A stretch of DNA of 64,000 nt from Candidatus Undinarchaeales archaeon (GTDB lineage: Archaea > SpSt-1190 > JASMDC01): NCBI GenBank assembly GCA_030753015.1, contig JASMDC010000003.1, forward strand, positions 32,001-96,000, written 5' to 3'. Below the pieces are notes generated by a model. The model searched no databases. It saw only the letters and a program-made list of their open reading frames with translations, and was not told where the DNA came from. A program made the position numbers and the translations under genes. Of the stretch, positions 58,033 to 64,000 are shown piece after piece (within the stretch, counting starts at the first letter, position 1; each line of letters starts with the position of its first letter).

Positions 58033-58284
58033 AGCGTCGCTCATATAGGTCTTGTACCGACGGTCCACCTCCACATCGCTGTAGGCGTTGAGGTTGCATG
58101 CGAAGGTTAAGATGGTATAGAAGAGGAGCACGTAGGCCGCAACGGCGAGGGAGAGGAGCGCGCCGGCCGTGGGCACGGCCAGCACCACGCCGAGGATGGC
58201 AGTGGGGAGGCTCCCTTTCTGGATATTGAACCGACTTATAGCAGAGAAATCAGCGAACGTCATTGTATCTTCCCCCATGGTCAT
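58033..58284 (-). pseudogene. N-terminal fragment of a UbiA-family prenyltransferase
   Basis: Two TM helices and the first Asp-rich motif NLNAYSDVEVDRRYK, then an abrupt end after about 84 aa. Confidence 0.7.
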
Positions 58285-58285
58285 A

Positions 58286-59005
58286 TCACCCTATTCCTTC
58301 ATCGATAGGGAGGAGCTCCTCGAAACGACAAATGAGCACCTCCGTCAATCGTTCGAGCACGGCCTCGCCCTTAGTGGCAGACGCCAAGGTGGGATCGCCC
58401 CACACCCCCGATACGGGCTCCGCAGGCCGGGCCGTGAAGCCCTTTTTCGGGATTTCCTGACCTGGCCGGGCCAGAGCCATGTCCACGAGCTCGGGGGCTA
58501 TAGCGAGCATTAAAGATGTTTCGGTCTCCCCGGCATGATAAGTCGGTGTCTCCACCAGGTCGTCGATGGCGATGGTCCAGGGTGTCAACACCGCGCCCTT
58601 TACGTCCACCCTCCCTTGCAGGGCCGTGCACATGGCCTCCTGCAATGCCGTGAGATGGGCGCTCCCGCCGTGACCTGTGATCACAACAATCCCGCTAACA
58701 CCCCCGTCCGCCAGCGCGGTCACGATGTCATGGACCACAGCGCGTAGTGCGTCGAACCCGATGGACACGGTCCCCGGCAATCGCGCGGTCGTACGACAGT
58801 AGCCATAGGGCAGTGCAGGGAGGCAGATGGCGCCAGTGCGGTCCGCGACACGCCGGGCCAGAGCGGTGGCGATGATGGTATCCGTTGCCGATGGCAGGTG
58901 AGGTCCATGCTCCTCGATGGCGCCCACGGGGAGCACTGCACGGCCCTCCCTAACGAGCGGACGTGCGGCGTCCTGGTAGATACCACATGGGAGCTGTCCT
59001 GCCAT
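58286..59005 (-). CDS. Creatininase/ArfB-family amidohydrolase
   Basis: LPVGAIEEHGPHLPSATD, PGTVS, GHGG, HAGETETS, SGVWGDP. Confidence 0.9.
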   Translation of the reverse strand: MAGQLPCGIYQDAARPLVREGRAVLPVGAIEEHGPHLPSATDTIIATALARRVADRTGAICLPALPYGYCRTTARLPGTVSIGFDALRAVVHDIVTALADGGVSGIVVITGHGGSAHLTALQEAMCTALQGRVDVKGAVLTPWTIAIDDLVETPTYHAGETETSLMLAIAPELVDMALARPGQEIPKKGFTARPAEPVSGVWGDPTLASATKGEAVLERLTEVLICRFEELLPIDEGIG

Positions 59006-59007
59006 CG

Positions 59008-60828
59008 TTATTCTCCGGCAAGGCGGTCGAGCACGAACCGCATCTCAGCCCTGGCGAGGACGGTCTGCAATCCCGAAGCATCGTCCCGGGTCAGGCAGAG
59101 GGCCGTGACCCCGCATGACACCAGGAACCGTAATAGGTCGGGGTCGTGGCTGTCCCACAACAGGGTACAGGGAAGACCTGTCGCCCGGCACGACCGGGCC
59201 ACCGAGGCCAGAGCGTTGCGGATCGCACCGTTCGTCTCCAACGCCTCGCGCCCGTATCCCGGTGCGAGGTCCGGGAAGAGCGACTCGCCATCGATGAGAA
59301 CTCCGTCAACACCGGCGGCGCATACGTCCTCGATAAGCCAGAGGGAGAGCGGTGAGGCGAGCTGGACCCATACCGCGACCTCCACACCCGCATCATCGAG
59401 GGCATCCAAGGCAGCTTCGAGACCTTCCATGGAGGATATCCCCTGGAGCACCGCGGTCACTCGCTTCGCATCGGTAAGAGCCGCCAGCACCCGGTTCGTC
59501 GCCGTCGCCAGGGCGGCCGGATCGTGCGCGTCCACACCGACCAGCACCTCGCGGTCTGCTGCACCGTCCCTGATCAGCGCCTCCAGCGCTTCGGTCGCGC
59601 GTACCAGCACAGCGTCCGACCACGTGGCAGGAGCACTTCCTGCTTGCAGGAGCTGGAGCAGGAGCGTGCCCGTGGGGGCCACGCCACCTTCTGAGGGGAC
59701 GGTCGGTGCGGGCGCAGGTGCGACGATCGGTGTGCCCATGTCCAGCGTTGGTACCGGTGCAGGCATATCTGCGAGGATGTCCAGAGAGGCGAGCCCTGCG
59801 AAGCCGGTCTCGGCAGCGGGTGCTGCAGCCGTCTGCGCCTCGACGGGAGACGGTGCATCGGGAAGACGCTTGACCCCCGTGACCGCGAGACGCCCGCGAT
59901 AGGCGGCCCAGCCCAGCTCCAATGGGCCGTCGAGCACGCTCTCCAGTCGTCGTGCCAATCCCGCCACCTCCGTCACGAGAGGATCGGGGAGCTTCTGGGC
60001 CTTGGCCTTGGCGGCACCGAGCGCCACACGACCTGATCGCTCCAGCCGTTCGCAGATATCGTCGCGCACGAGCTTGTGGCTCTGGCGTCCCACGGTGCGG
60101 GACACGATATCCATCGAGTCACGGTCGATCCGATACAGGTCACCCACCACGTCGCCACCGCACAGGATAGGGGTTAGACCCGCAACAGCTTCGATCTCAA
60201 GCATTCCCTGGTCGTCGTTGGCCTGGGAACGGACCACGCCAGATACGTCGGATGCGACCATCTTCTGGACGATGACGGCAACGTCAAGAGCAGGCTTCGT
60301 GGCCTGGACGGGGATGAGCGATGGTTCGAACCGTGTTGCCCAGCACCGCTTGACAGCCTCCATAAGGTCGTTCTCGCCCTTGACATTGAGGAGCGCGGAC
60401 CCTTCGTCATCATCGGGGAGGGAGGAGCGGACCGCCACGAATGAGAGGTTCCGGTTCATGACCAGGCCCTTGGTGGACTTGGGGATCTCGCTCAGTTCCT
60501 TACCATAGCTCATGCGCTCGTACGCTTGCCTGATAGGGGTCACCAGCTCTCGTGGCATGTCCGCTTTAGCGATCTCGGCCATGATGCGCCTGGAGTTGTC
60601 CTCCACGGACGCCAGGTCAGTGGTGTCCACCTTGGACAGGAGGGCTGCGATCCGCTTACCAATGCCGTTGTGGGCGAGGAAGGAGTGGAACATCCCCGTA
60701 GGGAGCACGAATCCGGGGGGGACATCGATCCCCTCCCGTAGGATACGATCGAGGGTCCGGGCCTTGCGCCCCACCATGGTCGTCGTCTGTCCCCCGAGCT
60801 CACCGAGCATCACTACGCTGTCTGTCAT
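59008..60828 (-). CDS. Degenerate PEP-synthase-like protein (PPDK N-terminal domain, no phosphohistidine domain)
   Basis: VGRKA..L, VPPGFV, VAVRSS, LNVKG, AVKRCWA, AVIVQKMV..VSGV; Ala/Pro linker instead of the swivel domain; eroded C-terminal barrel. Confidence 0.75.
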   Translation of the reverse strand: MTDSVVMLGELGGQTTTMVGRKARTLDRILREGIDVPPGFVLPTGMFHSFLAHNGIGKRIAALLSKVDTTDLASVEDNSRRIMAEIAKADMPRELVTPIRQAYERMSYGKELSEIPKSTKGLVMNRNLSFVAVRSSLPDDDEGSALLNVKGENDLMEAVKRCWATRFEPSLIPVQATKPALDVAVIVQKMVASDVSGVVRSQANDDQGMLEIEAVAGLTPILCGGDVVGDLYRIDRDSMDIVSRTVGRQSHKLVRDDICERLERSGRVALGAAKAKAQKLPDPLVTEVAGLARRLESVLDGPLELGWAAYRGRLAVTGVKRLPDAPSPVEAQTAAAPAAETGFAGLASLDILADMPAPVPTLDMGTPIVAPAPAPTVPSEGGVAPTGTLLLQLLQAGSAPATWSDAVLVRATEALEALIRDGAADREVLVGVDAHDPAALATATNRVLAALTDAKRVTAVLQGISSMEGLEAALDALDDAGVEVAVWVQLASPLSLWLIEDVCAAGVDGVLIDGESLFPDLAPGYGREALETNGAIRNALASVARSCRATGLPCTLLWDSHDPDLLRFLVSCGVTALCLTRDDASGLQTVLARAEMRFVLDRLAGE

Positions 60829-60921
60829 GGTATGAACCGATGGAGTGGAGGAGGTTCATTAATAAAAAACCTCGCCGCCCCCGGTAGGTTTTTGAATGTG
60901 TGCCCCCGACCTCACGGGATC

Positions 60922-62511
60922 ATGAATTCACCCGTGCCCACACCCATGGGTGACGCCGTCCAGGCAGCCTACCGTCGGGGTGAGGACGATGAGGCCATGG
61001 AGCCGCTTGTGCTCGTGGACGGTGCCGGCCCACCTATCGGTCGCATCAAGGACGGCGACCATGTGATCTTCTACGACATCCGCGGCGAACGGGAAGTGGA
61101 ACTGACCCTGGCATTCGTGGACCCGAGGTTCCCCCACTTCCCGATCGAGCCCATGCGTGTGCCGTTCACGACCATGATCGAGTACCGCAGCGACCTCCCC
61201 GTGTCGGTTGCTTTCCCGTCCCCCGGACGTCTGGACGACACGCTGGCCCACGTGGTCAGCAGGGCGGGCCTGCGCCAGGCACGCGTCTCCGAGTCGGAGA
61301 AGGCCGTCCATATCAACTACTTCTTCTCAGGCAAGTGCGAGAAGCCGCTCCCGGGGGAGGTACGCGAGGAAGTGCCCTCGCCCCGGGACGTGCCCTTCGA
61401 CACCGTCCCGCGGATGAACGCCGAGGGCGTCGCGGACGCAGTGGTCCGCAGGCTCAAGGAGCCGGACCTTGCCTTCATCACCGCCAACATCGCCAACGTG
61501 GACGTCGTGGGCCACATCGAGAACCGCGAGGCGATCGGGACGGCCGTTGCGGCCGTGGACGCCGCGGCAGGGCGTATCATCGAATCCGCACGAGCGGCCG
61601 GTGTGACAACGCTCGTGACCGCCGACCACGGTACCGTGGAGAGCTGGCTCTACTCGGACGGCTCGATCGATACCGGTCACACGAAGAGCCCGGTCCCTTT
61701 CGTGCTCGTCCCCCCCGAGGGCGCGCCCGAGGGGATCGCAATCAGGGACGGCGGCGAACTTGCTGACGTAGCGCCGACAGTCGCAGTCCTCATGGATCTG
61801 GAGACCCCCTCATCCTGGACGGGACGTCCGTTGCTTGCGGACAAGACTGTGCTCTCGCCCGGACGGGTGCTCCTCCTCATCCTCGACGGGTGGGGTGAGG
61901 GCGACAGCGGGGACGGCGACCTAATCGCTTCTGCGAGCACACCGGTCATGGACCGGCTCCGCTCGCTCTATCCCAACACCACCCTGTGCGCTGCGGGCGA
62001 GGCTGTGGGAATGCCCCCGAAGGCTGTTGGCAACTCCGAGGTGGGTCATCTTCATCTGGGTGCCGGACGCCGGATCCCGTCGGACCGTGTCCGCATCGAT
62101 ATGTCGCTTGCCGATGGGAGCTTCTTGGAGAACCCAGCGTTCCTCAACGCTGTGCGGGCCTCACGTGACGCCGGTACGGCACTTCACCTCCTGGGCATTA
62201 TATCGTTCTACTCCTCACATGGCTCCGTGCGCCATCTCAAGGCGCTGCTGGAGCTGGCGGCCCGCGAGCGCCATCCCGAGGTGTACGTCCACGGGATGCT
62301 TGGTAGGCGTGGCGAGCGCCCCGAGGCGGGTGCCGGTTACGTGCGCGATGTCGAACAGGATTGCGCCCGTCTTGGCGTCGGACGGGTCACTACCATGATC
62401 GGGCGCTTCTGGTCCCTGGACAGGGAGGAGAACTGGGACCGTATCGAGAAGACCTATGACGCCTTGGTCCGCGGCGTGGCACGGCACGTACCGGACGATC
62501 CCAAGGAGTGA
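60922..62511 (+). CDS. gpmI: 2,3-BPG-independent phosphoglycerate mutase, circularly permuted
   Basis: All GpmI motifs are present, but ESEK..H, NVDVVGH, TADHG, TGH and LADVAPT precede ILDGWG, GNSEVGH, SSHG and GRFWSLDRE. Confidence 0.9.
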   Translation: MNSPVPTPMGDAVQAAYRRGEDDEAMEPLVLVDGAGPPIGRIKDGDHVIFYDIRGEREVELTLAFVDPRFPHFPIEPMRVPFTTMIEYRSDLPVSVAFPSPGRLDDTLAHVVSRAGLRQARVSESEKAVHINYFFSGKCEKPLPGEVREEVPSPRDVPFDTVPRMNAEGVADAVVRRLKEPDLAFITANIANVDVVGHIENREAIGTAVAAVDAAAGRIIESARAAGVTTLVTADHGTVESWLYSDGSIDTGHTKSPVPFVLVPPEGAPEGIAIRDGGELADVAPTVAVLMDLETPSSWTGRPLLADKTVLSPGRVLLLILDGWGEGDSGDGDLIASASTPVMDRLRSLYPNTTLCAAGEAVGMPPKAVGNSEVGHLHLGAGRRIPSDRVRIDMSLADGSFLENPAFLNAVRASRDAGTALHLLGIISFYSSHGSVRHLKALLELAARERHPEVYVHGMLGRRGERPEAGAGYVRDVEQDCARLGVGRVTTMIGRFWSLDREENWDRIEKTYDALVRGVARHVPDDPKE

Positions 62512-62516
62512 GCATC

Positions 62517-63536
62517 ATGACGGAACAGGACGCACGCATCGCACAGGACCTCGTACGACCGGAGGCCTTCCCCGAGGAGACCGGTCCCGCAACGTTGATC
62601 CAGACCCATATATCCTTCGTGTTCATCGCCGACGAGCATGTGTACAAGGTGAAGAAGGCCGTTGACTTCGGGTTCCTCGACTTCTCATCCCTTGAGAAGC
62701 GGAAACACTTCTGTGACGCTGAGGTGTCGCTCAATCGCCGACTGTCGCCCCACGTATACCTCGAGGTCGTACCGGTGACCGAGAGCGATGGTCGTCTCGT
62801 GTTCGGCGGGGACGGAGAACCAGTTGACTGGGCCGTTCGGATGCGCCGCATTCCCATGGATAGGCAGATGCTCAAATTGATCGAGGCAGGTAACCTTGTC
62901 GAGCCGGATGTACGTCGTGTGGCCGAGACGATAGCCAAGTTCCATCGTGAAGAACCGGTCAAGCCCGAACTGGCCAAGTTCGGCACACTCGAGACGGTGA
63001 AGTTCAACACCGACGAGAACTTCGAGCAGACGACAGGTTACATCGATCGCACGATCACCCGTGAGCAGTACGATGCGCTCAAGGGCTATACCGATAGATT
63101 CTATCGCGACAGGGCCGACCTTCTGGCCCGAAGGATCTCCGATGGCTTCGTCAAGGACTGCCATGGCGACCTTCATCTGGAGCACATAATCCTCACGGAC
63201 CCGGTGACGGTGTTCGACTGTATAGAGTTCAACGAGCGGTTCCGCTACTCCGACACCGCTGCCGACATAGCTTTCCTTGCCATGGAACTGGACTTCCGTG
63301 GCCGCCCGGAGCTCACCAAGGTGCTCATGGATGCCTATGTGACCGCCTCGGGTGATCCTGATGTGATGGGCATGCTCACCTTCTACAAGGTCTATCGAGC
63401 CTATGTGCGGGGCAAGGTCATCTCGTTCAGGCTGGACGATCCCAACATCCCGGAGGACGAGAAGCGTAAGGCCACCGAGAGCGCGTCACGATACTTCGAG
63501 CTGGCCCACTCCTATGTTGCGGAGGTACTTGCGTGA
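62517..63536 (+). CDS. Aminoglycoside-phosphotransferase-like kinase (COG2187 type)
   Basis: IQTHISFVF, YKVKKAVDFGFLDFS, EVSLNRRL, CHGDLHLEHI, FDCIEFNERFR, YRAYVRGKV. Confidence 0.9.
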   Translation: MTEQDARIAQDLVRPEAFPEETGPATLIQTHISFVFIADEHVYKVKKAVDFGFLDFSSLEKRKHFCDAEVSLNRRLSPHVYLEVVPVTESDGRLVFGGDGEPVDWAVRMRRIPMDRQMLKLIEAGNLVEPDVRRVAETIAKFHREEPVKPELAKFGTLETVKFNTDENFEQTTGYIDRTITREQYDALKGYTDRFYRDRADLLARRISDGFVKDCHGDLHLEHIILTDPVTVFDCIEFNERFRYSDTAADIAFLAMELDFRGRPELTKVLMDAYVTASGDPDVMGMLTFYKVYRAYVRGKVISFRLDDPNIPEDEKRKATESASRYFELAHSYVAEVLA

Positions 63537-64000
63537 AAGCGCTCGTGATCGCCTGCGGGCTCATGGGCTCTGGAAAGAGCAGCGTCGCCCGTGCCCTCGC
63601 TGAGGTGCTCGCAGCCGATGTCGTCTCCTCCGACGTCGTGCGCAAGGAGCTTACCGATGTGGACCTCGATGAGCATCGGTACGTTGCGTTCGACAAGGGC
63701 ATCTACTCAGGCGACACGACGCGTCTGGTCTACGAGCACATGTGCGAACGGGCAGCGACATGGCTCAAGTCCGGCCAGCCAATCGTGCTCGACGCCTGTT
63801 TCGGGAAACGCTGGCAGCGCGACCTCGCCCGCACCACTGCTCTGCGGTACGGTGCTCCGTTCCTCTGTGTGGAGGTCACCTGCCCCCTCAGCGAGCTGAA
63901 GCGGCGGCTGGCCTCGCGAGAGGCGGACGGAACTGACGTGTCCGACGGACGGCTGGAGATCTTCGAGGAGCACAGGCGCAAGTTCGAGGCCATAGAGGAG
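63533..64000 (+). CDS. AAA_33/gluconate-kinase-like P-loop kinase (COG0645 type), runs off right edge
   Basis: Hand translation from GTG 63533: MKALVIACGLMGSGKSSVARALAE..SSDVVRKEL..GIYS..VLDACF..R; GTGA overlap. Confidence 0.88.
   Translation, partial: MKALVIACGLMGSGKSSVARALAEVLAADVVSSDVVRKELTDVDLDEHRYVAFDKGIYSGDTTRLVYEHMCERAATWLKSGQPIVLDACFGKRWQRDLARTTALRYGAPFLCVEVTCPLSELKRRLASREADGTDVSDGRLEIFEEHRRKFEAIEE

Noticed and set aside
58041-58043. Selenocysteine read-through of the TGA upstream of the truncated Cys-rich ORF
   Set aside because: Sequence beyond the TGA is just an alternative frame of the UbiA fragment and supplies no signal peptide.
58286-59005. Mycofactocin (MftE) locus
   Set aside because: No mftA precursor, mftB or SPASM radical SAM gene nearby; the only radical SAM genes are cofG and cofH.

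Overview
A GC-rich window from what reads as an archaeal genome (TATA boxes about 25-35 nt before starts, GGAGGTGA-type ribosome sites, class III signal peptides, archaeal-type FKBP and inositol-1-P synthase). A DPANN-like lineage is inferred, not shown. Cell-surface genes dominate: an edge-truncated FG-GAP beta-propeller protein, two tandem giant Cys-rich proteins (2399 and 1678 aa), a 19-gene array of type IV prepilin-like proteins (19274-30039) with no motor or peptidase in the window, a 2696-aa Kazal/Ca-binding/Ig-like surface protein, and a truncated paralog of the 2399-aa protein followed by a single-pass Cys-rich receptor-like protein. Metabolic genes include an F420/Fo cluster (nitroreductase, cofD, cofC, cofH, cofG), PMM/PGM, ino1, yjbQ, an atypical transcarbamylase, a creatininase-family enzyme, a degenerate PEP-synthase-like protein and a circularly permuted GpmI. 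A gene-breaking junction lies near 58033. No CRISPR array, tRNA, rRNA or transposase was recognised. All family calls come from reading motifs by eye; no searches were run.
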